The notes under the pieces are model-generated. The model had not been told where the DNA came from, did no database searches, and was given only the letters and a program-made list of their open reading frames with translations. DNA of 63,529 nt from Cupriavidus sp. (GTDB lineage Bacteria; Pseudomonadota; Gammaproteobacteria; Burkholderiales; Burkholderiaceae), in the NCBI GenBank assembly GCA_019236395.1, contig JAFAJB010000247.1:1-63529 (forward strand). Reading direction: 5' to 3'. Numbering within the stretch: the stretch's first letter is position 1; each line of letters opens with the position of its first letter. This document shows, piece by piece, positions 32,273 to 42,024 of this stretch. Position numbers and translations under genes: made by a program.

Positions 32273-32533
32273 ATGGCACTGTTTCCAGTGATTTCGAATT
32301 TCCAGTACGACTTCGTGCTGCAGCTCGTCGCCGTTGATACGGAGAACTCGATGGACGAGGTAGCGGCGGCCGCCGCGCACCATTCAGTCGGCCGCCGCGT
32401 GGCGCCCCGGCCCGGCAAGGTCGTCCGGGTGAGGCGCCAGGGGAGCGACCAGTTCTACCCCCGCGACGCCCGGCTCGGCGACACCGATATCAAGCCGATG
32501 GAGTCGCTCGAATTCATCTTTTGCGATGCGTGA
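32273..32533 (+). CDS. tbuU: Toluene monooxygenase gamma subunit (TmoB/TbuU)
   Basis: MALFPVISNF, HHSVGRRV. Confidence 0.9.
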   Translation: MALFPVISNFQYDFVLQLVAVDTENSMDEVAAAAAHHSVGRRVAPRPGKVVRVRRQGSDQFYPRDARLGDTDIKPMESLEFIFCDA

Positions 32534-32540
32534 GGTCACT

Positions 32541-32876
32541 ATGAATTTCCAGAAAGTCTCCACGCTCGACGAGCTGTGGGAAGGCGACATGGCCGAGGTA
32601 GAGGTGGACGGCCACGTCATCGTGCTCGTCCGCCCCGAAGGCGGCCCGCCACGCGCGTTCCAGGGCATCTGTCCGCACCAGGACATTCCACTGGCAGAGG
32701 GAAAGTTCGACGGGCGCGTACTGATGTGCCGGGCCCACCAGTGGACCTTCGACGCCAACACGGGTAAGGGCATCAACCCCGGCGGCTGCCGGCTTGCCGA
32801 GTATGCCGTCAAGGTGGATGGCGACGACATCCTCATCGCTGTCGAGGGCGTCGAACCACTGTTCGCCAACTGCTGA
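32541..32876 (+). CDS. tbuB: Rieske ferredoxin (TmoC/TbuB)
   Basis: CPH...CRAH Rieske motif. Confidence 0.92.
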   Translation: MNFQKVSTLDELWEGDMAEVEVDGHVIVLVRPEGGPPRAFQGICPHQDIPLAEGKFDGRVLMCRAHQWTFDANTGKGINPGGCRLAEYAVKVDGDDILIAVEGVEPLFANC

Positions 32877-32895
32877 TATTGCACAGGAATCGACC

Positions 32896-33213
32896 ATGAG
32901 CAGGGACCACAACACCGCCGAGGCGTACCGAAACAACCGCGTCGGCCCCGTGCTGCGCGCCAGCAGCATCACCGACGGCGTCATCGAGGCCGCGCGGGAA
33001 GACAACCCGGGGAAGGACATCCGCGTCGACGACAAGCTTGCATACGTGCGCATCGACACCGACGGCGAGCTGATCCTGCGCCGGGCCACGCTGGAAGATG
33101 CGCTGGGCCGCCCGTTCAGGATGTCCGAGCTGGAAGTCAACCTCAGCTCGTTCGCGGGCCGCATCGAGACCACGGACGACTACGTCCGCTTCTATTACGA
33201 AAAGACGCTGTAA
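32896..33213 (+). CDS. tbuV: Monooxygenase effector (TmoD/TbuV)
   Basis: VGPVLR, EDNPGK, SSFAGRI. Confidence 0.92.
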   Translation: MSRDHNTAEAYRNNRVGPVLRASSITDGVIEAAREDNPGKDIRVDDKLAYVRIDTDGELILRRATLEDALGRPFRMSELEVNLSSFAGRIETTDDYVRFYYEKTL

Positions 33214-33225
33214 CCGGAGACGAGC

Positions 33226-34224
33226 ATGACCACGCAACCCGATGTCCTCAAACCGCTGAAGACCTGGAGCCACCTGGCCGCGCGCCGGCGCAAGCCGAGC
33301 GAATACGAGATCGTCTCGACGAACCTGCACTACACGACCGACAACCCCGACGCGCCGTTCGAACTCGATCCGAACTTCGAGATGGCGCAGTGGTTCAAGC
33401 GTTACCGCAACGCCTCGCCGCTGTCACACGCCGACTGGAACGCCTTCCGCGATCCGGACGAACTGGTCTACCGCACCTACAACATGCTGCAGGACGGCCA
33501 GGAAACCTACGTGTCCGGCCTGCTCGACCAGTTCTCTGAACGCGGCCACGACGCCATGCTGGAGCACGCCTGGGCCGGCACGCTGGCACGGCTGTACACC
33601 CCGGCGCGCTACCTGTTCCACGCGCTGCAGATGGGATCGGCCTACCTGACGCAGATGGCGCCCGCGTCCACCATCTCGAACTGCGCCGCCTACCAGACCG
33701 CCGACTCGCTGCGGTGGGTCACGCACACCGCGTATCGCACGCGCGAGCTGTCCCAGACCTTCGGCGACGTGGGCTTTGGCACCGACGAGCGCAGGTACTG
33801 GGAGCAGGACCCGGCGTGGCAGGGCTGGCGCAAGCTGGCCGAACACGCGCTCGTGGCATGGGACTGGGCAGAGTGCTTCGTCGCGTTCAGCCTGGTATTG
33901 CGGCCGGCGATGGAGGAAGCCGTACTGCGCGGGCTTGGCGAGGCGGCGCGCCACAACGGCGACACCCTGCTCGGCCTGCTGACTGACGCGCAGCTTGCCG
34001 ACGCCCAGCGGCACCGGCGCTGGGCCGGCGCGCTCGTCCGCATGGCCCTGGAGACGCCGGGCAACCGTGACGTGCTGGCCGGCGCGCTCGCCCGGTGGGC
34101 GCCGCTTGCGGACGATGCGATCGGTGCCTACTGCGCGGCGCTGCCCGACGCGCCGAACGCAAAGGCGCGCGCCTGCGCGGCCCTGCGCGACTTCTGGGAC
34201 AGCATCGGCCTGACGGGCCTGTAA
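33226..34224 (+). CDS. tbuA2: Toluene monooxygenase beta subunit (TmoE/TbuA2)
   Basis: KPLKTWSHL, RRKPSEYEIVS, FRDPD. Confidence 0.94.
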   Translation: MTTQPDVLKPLKTWSHLAARRRKPSEYEIVSTNLHYTTDNPDAPFELDPNFEMAQWFKRYRNASPLSHADWNAFRDPDELVYRTYNMLQDGQETYVSGLLDQFSERGHDAMLEHAWAGTLARLYTPARYLFHALQMGSAYLTQMAPASTISNCAAYQTADSLRWVTHTAYRTRELSQTFGDVGFGTDERRYWEQDPAWQGWRKLAEHALVAWDWAECFVAFSLVLRPAMEEAVLRGLGEAARHNGDTLLGLLTDAQLADAQRHRRWAGALVRMALETPGNRDVLAGALARWAPLADDAIGAYCAALPDAPNAKARACAALRDFWDSIGLTGL

Positions 34225-34272
34225 CACAGGACGTGCCGGGCGATACGACTCAACAGCCACCATCGGAACCCC

Positions 34273-35271
34273 ATGAAATACCAGATATCGATCGAAGGCG
34301 GCGCGGCGTTCACCGTCGCCGCGGAAGAAGACTCGCTGCTGCGCGGCGCCCTGCGGGCTGGCATGGCCCTGCCGCACGAGTGCAGCGTGGGCGGCTGCGG
34401 CGCGTGCCGCTTCGACCTTGTGGACGGGCTCATGGAATCCGTCTGGCCTGAGGCGCCCGGCCTTTCCGAGCGTGACCGCAAGCGCGGCAAGTACCTTGCC
34501 TGCCAGTCGCGGCCGCTAAGCGACTGCACGATACGCGTTCGCTGCGATGAGGCGTATCGCCCGGCCGTCCCGGCGCATCGCCGGCCGGCGAAACTGCTGG
34601 CTCGCCGCGCGCTGACGCCTGACATGAGCGAATTCACGTTCCAGATGCCGGGCGCGGCAGACTTCCGGCCCGGCCAGTATGCACTGCTCTACCCGCCCCA
34701 TGCACCGGGCGCCCGTGCCTATTCGATGGCCAACCTGCCCAACGCGGAAGGCATCTGGACGTTCGTGATCCGCCGCGTGCCGGGCGGGTCCGGCAGCAAT
34801 GCGCTGTTCGACCAAATCGGAATCGGCGAAAGCATCGCATTCGACGGACCGTACGGCCATGCCTACCTGCGCGATGACAGCCCCCGCGATATCGTCTGCA
34901 TTGCCGGCGGCTCGGGCCTGGCGCCCATGCTGTCGGTTGCGCGCGGAGCGCTCGCCGGCGGCGGTTCGCGCCGTGTGCACTTCTTCTATGGCGCGCGGGG
35001 GCAGGCCGATCTCGGTGCCGTAGACGCGCTGGAGGCACTCGCCGAAGACCAGCGCCTGGCGCTGTCGGTGGTACTGTCGGCGCCGGAAAGCACCTGGACG
35101 GGACCGGCAGGATTCGTGCACGAGGAAGTCGAGCGCACGCTGGCGGGTCCGCTCGACGGCTACGACTTCTATTTCGCGGGCCCGCCCCCGATGATCGAAG
35201 CCGTGCAGGCGCTGCTGATGCACAAGCACCAGGTGCCGTTTGGGCAGATCCGTTTCGACCGCTTTGTCTAG
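34273..35271 (+). CDS. tbuC: Monooxygenase reductase (TmoF/TbuC)
   Basis: CSVGGCGAC, RAYSMAN, GGSGLAP, GPPPM, DRF. Confidence 0.92.
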   Translation: MKYQISIEGGAAFTVAAEEDSLLRGALRAGMALPHECSVGGCGACRFDLVDGLMESVWPEAPGLSERDRKRGKYLACQSRPLSDCTIRVRCDEAYRPAVPAHRRPAKLLARRALTPDMSEFTFQMPGAADFRPGQYALLYPPHAPGARAYSMANLPNAEGIWTFVIRRVPGGSGSNALFDQIGIGESIAFDGPYGHAYLRDDSPRDIVCIAGGSGLAPMLSVARGALAGGGSRRVHFFYGARGQADLGAVDALEALAEDQRLALSVVLSAPESTWTGPAGFVHEEVERTLAGPLDGYDFYFAGPPPMIEAVQALLMHKHQVPFGQIRFDRFV

Positions 35272-35513
35272 CCCGGCCACATCTCCGTTGAGGCGCACAC
35301 CGCACAGCCACGACGCCGGATCACCGCATCGCCGGAACAACCATGTCGCGTGCTATTACCAATCGCCATATCTGGAAGTTGGGGATAAGCTCCTTCTATC
35401 AAGCACTGGATGGCCTGCGGGGGCCGATGGACGCCAGTCGCCCGACTGGTCCGCACGATGCGCGGCAGCGCGCTCCCGCAACCGCAAGCGCGCCAGCCGC
35501 GACCGAGGAAATC

Positions 35514-37292
35514 ATGGCGAAAAGGCATCCCGGAATACCGAAGCCCGATTCATCGGCGCAAGACCACTCCGCCGGGAGCCCGAAGCGCGCGTCCCCCGAT
35601 GGAATCCGCGTGCCGGCGATTCACGACCTCGCCAAGCGCCTGCGCTTTGCACCGCAGCAGGGCCGCATCTGGCTCGACGACCAGCGCATGATGCTGATGC
35701 ATATCAGCTCGCTTGGCGCCCTGCGGCAGGAACTGATCGAAAGCCTCGGCAAGGAAACGGCGCGCGGCTTGATCACCCGCATCGGCTACCAGGCTGGCAC
35801 GCGCGACGCGGCAATGGCACGCAAGGTCCGCGCCGGCCTGAACACCTATGACGACTTCCTGGCCGGCCCGCAGCTTGTCTCGCTGGAGGGCATGGTGCAT
35901 TGCGAACCGGTGGCGCTGGATATCGATGTCCAGCGCGGCCACTACTTCGGCGACTTCTATCTCGTGGACAGTTCCGAGGCGGAAGCCCACATCGCCGGCT
36001 ACGGCATCGGCAACGAATCGGTGTGCTGGATGCTGATCGGCTATGCGTGCGGCTACACCAGCGCCTTCATGGGCCGCCCCATCCTGTGGAGGGAAATCGA
36101 ATGCCGCGGGATGGGGCACGCCAAATGCCGCGTGGTAGGCAAGCCGGTGGAAGAATGGGAAGACGCCCAGGACGACCTGCGCTTCCTGCGGATCGGCGAT
36201 TTCGTCAAATGGGCGCCACAGGCCGAGGCGCCCCTGCCCGCCACGAGCCGCATCGCGGCGCGGCTTTCCAGCGCGCCGGAGAACAGCTTCGGCGTGGTCG
36301 GCATCTCCGCCGGCTTCAACACCGTCTGCCACATGGTCAACAAGGTGGCGCCCACCAACGCCACCGTGCTGTTCCTGGGGGAAAGCGGTGTCGGCAAGGA
36401 AGTCTTCGCGAACAACCTGCATCGTCTGAGCAAGCGTGCCGATGGCCCTTACGTTGCGGTGAACTGCGCATCCATTCCCGAACACCTGATGGAATCGGAA
36501 CTGTTTGGCGTCGAGCGCGGCGGCTTTACGGGCGCCACCACGTCCCGCGCCGGACGCTTCGAGCGGGCAGACGGCGGCACGCTCTTTCTCGACGAGGTCG
36601 GCACGCTGAGCTTCACGGCGCAGGGCAAGCTGCTGCGCGCGCTGCAGCAGGGCGAGATCGAGCGCGTGGGCGACACACGCACCCGCAACGTCGACGTCAG
36701 GGTGGTGGCCGCCACGAACGTGAACCTGCGCGAAGCCGTCAAGGCCGGACACTTCCGCGAGGACCTGTTCTTCCGCCTCAACGTCTTTCCGATCCAGGTG
36801 CCGCCGCTGCGAGAGCGCCGCGACGACATCCCGCTGATGATGAACTGGTTCCTCCAGCGCATGGCGCGCAAGCATGACAAGCACATCACCGGCTTCCGCG
36901 AGCGTGCCGTGGACGCGATGTTCGCCTACGACTGGCCCGGCAACGTGCGAGAGCTGGAGAACATGATCGAACGCGCGGTCATCCTGGCGGAGGATGGCGG
37001 CGCGCTCGACCTGTGCCACCTGTTCACCAGCGGCGAGGAAATCGATACCACCGCGTTCATGCTGAAGCGCAGCGGCAGCATTGGCCGTGTCAGCGAAACC
37101 AGCGAAGCGGAATCGCCGTCGGGCGCCGCCATCGGGCGCCAGGGTCTTGCGGAAACGGAGGTGGCCATGCTGCGCGCCGCCGTGGCGGAGGCCAACGGCA
37201 ATCTGTCACGCGCGGCCCGTGTGCTGGGCATCAGCCGCCCGACGCTGGCGTACAGGCTGCACAAGTACGGCATTACGCCGGCAGCGCGCTGA
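35514..37292 (+). CDS. tbuT: XylR/DmpR-family sigma-54 activator (TbuT-like)
   Basis: XylR_N/V4R domain, GESGVGKE, GGFTGA, Fis HTH; start uncertain (35343, 35427 or 35514). Confidence 0.9.
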   Translation: MAKRHPGIPKPDSSAQDHSAGSPKRASPDGIRVPAIHDLAKRLRFAPQQGRIWLDDQRMMLMHISSLGALRQELIESLGKETARGLITRIGYQAGTRDAAMARKVRAGLNTYDDFLAGPQLVSLEGMVHCEPVALDIDVQRGHYFGDFYLVDSSEAEAHIAGYGIGNESVCWMLIGYACGYTSAFMGRPILWREIECRGMGHAKCRVVGKPVEEWEDAQDDLRFLRIGDFVKWAPQAEAPLPATSRIAARLSSAPENSFGVVGISAGFNTVCHMVNKVAPTNATVLFLGESGVGKEVFANNLHRLSKRADGPYVAVNCASIPEHLMESELFGVERGGFTGATTSRAGRFERADGGTLFLDEVGTLSFTAQGKLLRALQQGEIERVGDTRTRNVDVRVVAATNVNLREAVKAGHFREDLFFRLNVFPIQVPPLRERRDDIPLMMNWFLQRMARKHDKHITGFRERAVDAMFAYDWPGNVRELENMIERAVILAEDGGALDLCHLFTSGEEIDTTAFMLKRSGSIGRVSETSEAESPSGAAIGRQGLAETEVAMLRAAVAEANGNLSRAARVLGISRPTLAYRLHKYGITPAAR

Positions 37293-37301
37293 CGGGATGT
37301 G

Positions 37302-37336
37302 CCCCCGGAGAAGGCGGCACGGCGCCGCCCCGGGGG
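37302..37336. terminator. GC hairpin between convergent tbuT and tbuX
   Basis: ccccgg...ggcggc/gccgcc...ccgggg imperfect stem; no strong U-tract. Confidence 0.4.
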
Positions 37337-37345
37337 CTTGATCCG

Positions 37346-38716
37346 CTAGAAGCGCTTGCGGTATGCCACGACGACGTTGAACTGCGAATGCTGCACGGAA
37401 AGCGGTACCGCCGTATTCGGCTGGCTGGCATTCCCCACGGTCTTTGGCAGCACCACCGACAGGGCAAAGTCGATGGCATCGTCCTTGCCGAATACGTAGG
37501 TCGCGCCGCCGGTCAGGCTGGTCGTCGGAATCGCCGGCACAACGGCCAGCAGCATGCCGTTCGGGATGGCCTCTTGGGCGTAGTGGAACCCGCCGCGCGC
37601 CGTCCACCCCGAATCGAATCGGTACGCCACGCCAAGGCCGAACACGTTGATATCGCGGTAGTTCTGCGGGATCGAAAGGTCCAGGTTTGCACCCGCATGC
37701 ACGAAGCTGACGTTGATGTCACGCATCACGCTGGACCAGAACACCCGCTGGTAGTCCGCCGAGGCCGACAGTCGCTCGTTGAACTGGTGGCTGATGCCCA
37801 CTGTGAACTGCGCCGGCATCTGGAAGTCCCGCACCCTGACCTCGCCGCTTAACGGAATGTTGCCCGCGACAGTGCTGACGGCCGCGAGCGTTGCCTGCCC
37901 ACGAAGATCCCCCACCCGTGTTTTCGCGTTGTAGGCCAGCCCTACCCGGGTATCGGGCGTGATGTCGTAGGTCAGCCCCAGTTTTCCGCCGATGCCCCAG
38001 GCGTCGGCGCCACCACCGACGGGCGCGCTGTTCGAGAAGCCCAGGTACCCGCCGGAAAGGCCGGGCACGGAAAGCAGCGTAGGCACCAGCGAGCCGGACA
38101 CTCGCCGCTGACTGGCAAGCGTGCCGATCTGCGTGACGTCAAGCAGCGTGCCGAGATTGAGCGACGTCCAGACCGCATCCAGCGAGGCGCCGAGCGTCAG
38201 CTTGTCCGTCGGCCGATAGGCCACCGCAAACGGAATGCGCAGCACCAGCAACCGGGAGAACTGGTCCAGGCCCGTCTGCACGCCATTGGACGTACGCGAC
38301 AGGAAGCTGCTGCCCCCGTATTCGGTACCGAGGCCGCCCTCCGCAAAGATGCCAGCGCCTAGCGCGATGTTGTCATGACGGTAGACGAACGCGGCCTCGG
38401 GCGCAAAGTAAGGCCCGTTGTTGTTGCCGTGGTTGCCGGACCGGGCCGTCTCGCCGGTTGCCGTGTTGGTGGCCTTGATGTCGGTGGTCACCACGTCGAG
38501 CCCAAGATGCAGGTGATTCCCCTCGGCCATCAGGCCGAGTGTTGCCGGATTCGCCATCATCGCCGCGGGTCCGATGTCAAACGCCGCACCGGTCCCGCCC
38601 ATTGCGCGGGAAACGGGGCCAAAGCCTTCCAGATTGAACACATCCGTTGCTCCCGCTGGTGTTCCGCACGCCGCAGCGCATAGCGCCACGGCCACGCGGA
38701 CATAGTTGCCTCTCAC
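37346..38716 (-). CDS. tbuX: FadL/TodX/TbuX outer membrane aromatic uptake channel
   Basis: Signal peptide, LEGFGPVSRAMGG, NPA, C-terminal Phe; AAGGAG RBS. Confidence 0.9.
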   Translation of the reverse strand: MRGNYVRVAVALCAAACGTPAGATDVFNLEGFGPVSRAMGGTGAAFDIGPAAMMANPATLGLMAEGNHLHLGLDVVTTDIKATNTATGETARSGNHGNNNGPYFAPEAAFVYRHDNIALGAGIFAEGGLGTEYGGSSFLSRTSNGVQTGLDQFSRLLVLRIPFAVAYRPTDKLTLGASLDAVWTSLNLGTLLDVTQIGTLASQRRVSGSLVPTLLSVPGLSGGYLGFSNSAPVGGGADAWGIGGKLGLTYDITPDTRVGLAYNAKTRVGDLRGQATLAAVSTVAGNIPLSGEVRVRDFQMPAQFTVGISHQFNERLSASADYQRVFWSSVMRDINVSFVHAGANLDLSIPQNYRDINVFGLGVAYRFDSGWTARGGFHYAQEAIPNGMLLAVVPAIPTTSLTGGATYVFGKDDAIDFALSVVLPKTVGNASQPNTAVPLSVQHSQFNVVVAYRKRF

Positions 38717-38847
38717 GAGTGTCTCCTTGTCATTTTCGGGGGGTAGCGAAGCGGGCAGCACCGCCGGGGAAGCGGCCAAGCCAGCGCATTCGCAGTGGTG
38801 ATGCCTGCGGCCGGCCTCGCGTTGCGGCACGGTCGCGTCAGGCGTAT

Positions 38848-38863
38848 TGCAGAAGCCGTACCA
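38848..38863 (-). promoter_or_regulatory. Sigma-54 promoter of tbuX
   Basis: Minus strand reads TGGTACGGCTTCTGCA; near copy of the 30212-30227 promoter. Confidence 0.72.
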
Positions 38864-39059
38864 GCCCGGCGATCCACTGCGCTAAATCTCGATATTTACA
38901 GGGAAAACCATGAGAGTTTTCCGGCTCGAAACGGCCGTCTCGTGTAGAGGTCGAGTAGCGGGCGACACCCCCTTTCCCGACTTTGACGATATGATCTACG
39001 CGTCGATGTACTCCGGCTTCATCAAATGATCGAATCCGGCCGTGCGCGCGGGACAGTCC

Positions 39060-39088
39060 TTGCCACGCCCGGCATAGTCCACCAGAAT
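39060..39088 (+). promoter_or_regulatory. Sigma-70-like promoter of the second activator/GntR operon
   Basis: TTGCCA-17 bp-CAGAAT. Confidence 0.55.
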
Positions 39089-39128
39089 ATCGAGATTCCA
39101 CCCATATCTAACGACAGGGGCGCACGCC

Positions 39129-40823
39129 GTGGAAGCCAAGCTCAGTTACCCTCCGAATGCCGACCTGCGGCACCTCCTGCGCTTCGATCCCGAGAGCGGC
39201 ACCATCTGGCTGGGCGAACGCCGCATGGTGCTCCTGCATACCGCCGCACTGAGCGGCCTGAGGCAGGACCTGATCCATTCGGTGGGGCCCGTGCACGCGC
39301 GCCGGCTGCTGACGCGCATGGGATACGCCTCTGGCCGGCGCGACGCCGAGTTTGCACGCACAACGCGCGGCGCGCTCTCGCTCGACGCCGCCTTCCTGGT
39401 CGGGCCGCAACTGCACATGCTCGAAGGCGCTGCCTGCGTGACGCCGGTCCAACTCGATTTCGACGCCGCGACTGGCCGCTTCTCCGGAGAATTCCGTTGG
39501 GACAACTCGTGGGAAGCCCATGCCCACCGGCAAGCCTTCGGGCTCGCGGAAACGCCCGCCTGCTGGGTTCTGCTCGGATACGCCAGCGGCTACACGAGTG
39601 CCTTCATGGGCCGCCTCATCGTCTTCAAGGAAACATGCTGCGCGGCCTGCGGCGCCGACCACTGTCAGATCGTCGGCCGACCTGTCGACGAATGGCCCGA
39701 CGCCGCCGAACAGCGCCAGTACTTCGAGGACGACTCCCTTCTCGACACCATCGCCGCACTCAACGACCAGGTGCAGGCGCTGGTGACCACCATCGAGTCA
39801 GCGCGCGAACCGGGCATCTCCGCCGGCATGCTCGTCGGCGCCTCACCGGCGTTCCAGGAAGCCCACGCGTTGCTTAACCGCGCCGCCGCCACGCAGGTGA
39901 CCGTGTTGCTGACCGGCGAGACTGGCGTGGGCAAGGAACGCTTCGCCCGCGCCTTGCACCAGGGATCGCCCCGCGCTGCCGGCCCTTTCATCGCCGTCAA
40001 CTGTGCGGCGCTGCCCGCCGACCTGATCGAAGCCGAATTGTTTGGCGTCGAGCGGGGCGCCTACACCGGCGCGCACGTCAGCCGCAGCGGCCGCTTCGAG
40101 CGGGCGGACGGCGGCACGCTCTTCCTTGACGAAGTCGGCGACCTGCCCCTGCCGTTGCAAGCCAAGCTGCTGCGCGTGCTGCAGGACGGCGAGATCGAAC
40201 GCCTTGGCGCGGAGACCGCGCGCAAGGTCAATGTGCGCCTCGTCACGGCAACGAATGTCGATCTTGAGGCGGCGGTGTCGCAGGGACGATTCCGACGCGA
40301 CCTGCTGTACCGACTCAACGTCTATCCGATCTGCATCCCGCCACTGCGCGAGCGCACGGCCGATATCGAGCCACTGGCAAACCACCTGCTGGCGCGCTTC
40401 AGCGCGCTCCACCAGAAGCGCCTTTCCGGGATTAGCGAACGCGCGATGCAGGCCCTCGTGCACCACGATTGGCCCGGCAACGTGCGGGAACTCGAGAACC
40501 TGATCGAGCGCGGCGTCATCCTTGCGCCGCAGGGTGGAACCATCGAACTGGAACATCTTTTTCCGCACCAGCCGCCCGGGATACAGGCAACGGTAAGCGC
40601 GAGAGGCCGGCTGGCGCCGATGCGGGCGGACAGCGAGCAGGCTCTCTGCGCGCGCATTCTCGATAGCGGGCTCAGCCTGGAATCGCTGGAGAGCCAGCTT
40701 CTCGACCTTGCCGTCGAGCGCGCCGGCGGCAACCTGTCAGGCGCGGCACGGCAACTCGGCCTGACCCGCCCGCAACTGGCCTATCGCCTCAAGCGTCAGG
40801 AAGACAAAGGCAGCGAAGCATGA
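39129..40823 (+). CDS. Second XylR/DmpR-family sigma-54 activator (phenol-responsive type)
   Basis: XylR_N/V4R domain, GETGVGKE, GAYTGA, HTH. Confidence 0.92.
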   Translation: MEAKLSYPPNADLRHLLRFDPESGTIWLGERRMVLLHTAALSGLRQDLIHSVGPVHARRLLTRMGYASGRRDAEFARTTRGALSLDAAFLVGPQLHMLEGAACVTPVQLDFDAATGRFSGEFRWDNSWEAHAHRQAFGLAETPACWVLLGYASGYTSAFMGRLIVFKETCCAACGADHCQIVGRPVDEWPDAAEQRQYFEDDSLLDTIAALNDQVQALVTTIESAREPGISAGMLVGASPAFQEAHALLNRAAATQVTVLLTGETGVGKERFARALHQGSPRAAGPFIAVNCAALPADLIEAELFGVERGAYTGAHVSRSGRFERADGGTLFLDEVGDLPLPLQAKLLRVLQDGEIERLGAETARKVNVRLVTATNVDLEAAVSQGRFRRDLLYRLNVYPICIPPLRERTADIEPLANHLLARFSALHQKRLSGISERAMQALVHHDWPGNVRELENLIERGVILAPQGGTIELEHLFPHQPPGIQATVSARGRLAPMRADSEQALCARILDSGLSLESLESQLLDLAVERAGGNLSGAARQLGLTRPQLAYRLKRQEDKGSEA

Positions 40824-41551
40824 CATCCACCAAACGCCGCATCGCTCGCGACAGCATGACAGACGACGACCCTCGGCCTCCCGAGCCCTTCGAGCCGCGC
40901 ACGCTATGCGAGCGCGCCTATCTCCAATTGCGGCAGGACATCGTGCAGGGACGCATCTGCCCCGGCGAGCGCCTGCGAGTCGAACATCTCAAGGACCGCT
41001 ATCAAGTCGGGGCCGGCACGCTGCGAGAATCGCTGGCGCTGCTTGTGTCCGATGCGCTTGTGACCGTTGAAGGCCAGCGCGGATACCGGGTTACGGCGAT
41101 CTCGCTGGACGACCTGCAGGACCTTACTGACACACGGGTGAAACTGGAAACGGAAGCGCTTCGTCTGTCCATTCGCTACGGCGACACACAATGGGAGGCG
41201 CAGTTGCGCGCGGCGTTCGACAGCCTCAGCGCCTCGGAGGCCCGCGGCCCTTCGGTGGACCCGGTCGGTTGGGAGCAGGCCAACCGGCACTTTCACGAAG
41301 CCCTGATCGCGGCGCACCGCTCGCCGTGGAGCCAATATCTGCTGAAGCTGCTATACCGCCACGGGGAACGCTATCGGCACGTCGCCATCCGTCTCGGGAC
41401 GAACCAATCTGCCTCCCGCAACGTGCATGAGGAACATGCCCTGATCTTCGAGGCCGCTGTAGCGCGTCAGGAAGCGCGCGCTGCGCTCGCGCTGGAGGCA
41501 CATATTCGCCTCACCTACGAGTTGTTGTCGAGCGCGCAAGTCGATATGTAA
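40820..41551 (+). CDS. GntR (FCD) repressor, AphS/PhcS/BphS-like
   Basis: PGERLRVEHL...LRESL HTH, FCD domain FHEAL/EEH; ATGA-coupled to the activator. Confidence 0.88.
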   Translation: MTSTKRRIARDSMTDDDPRPPEPFEPRTLCERAYLQLRQDIVQGRICPGERLRVEHLKDRYQVGAGTLRESLALLVSDALVTVEGQRGYRVTAISLDDLQDLTDTRVKLETEALRLSIRYGDTQWEAQLRAAFDSLSASEARGPSVDPVGWEQANRHFHEALIAAHRSPWSQYLLKLLYRHGERYRHVAIRLGTNQSASRNVHEEHALIFEAAVARQEARAALALEAHIRLTYELLSSAQVDM

Positions 41552-41628
41552 GCATCTGGCGGCGCCGTATTGCCGCCCCCGCCCAGCACTGCGAGATCCC
41601 GGTTCCCCGCTGTCAGTCAGCACTGACA

Positions 41629-41665
41629 GGCCTGCCGTTTCTACCTACGGGAGAAACGGCAGGCC
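41629..41665. terminator. 14-bp perfect hairpin after gntR, preceded by an 8-bp inverted repeat (41610-41629)
   Basis: ggcctgccgtttct-N9-agaaacggcaggcc; ctgtcagt-N4-actgacag. Confidence 0.5.
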
Positions 41666-41775
41666 CGGACAAACCGCGCGTCGGGACGCCGATAGCATAA
41701 TCAGCGCCCCCTGATAGCAATAGTTGGTCGCCCCTCCGATACTGGACTTAGCAACACTCCAGGAAGGCCATAGCC

Positions 41776-41961
41776 ATGAACGACTATTGCACACTGTGCG
41801 GGCGGCTCGGGCACTCTGCGTCGGGCTGCCCATGGGCTTCGTACGTCCGTCTTGCAAGAATTCCTCAATGCGTGCCAGACGTGCGTCGGACGCAAAGGGT
41901 ACAACCCGCAATTGCGAGCCTCGGCAGGCTGGCGCCGGCATGCAGCCGACCACTGCCGTAA
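41776..41961 (+). CDS. Small ORF with a CCHC zinc-knuckle motif
   Basis: C-x2-C-x4-H-x4-C (CTLCGRLGHSASGC); AGGAAGG upstream. Confidence 0.45.
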   Translation: MNDYCTLCGRLGHSASGCPWASYVRLARIPQCVPDVRRTQRVQPAIASLGRLAPACSRPLP

Positions 41962-42024
41962 TCGTGCAGGGGGACCGCGCTACACGAGGATGCGATGGGC
42001 ATGGCAAGGCCAAGCCCGTCGCTG

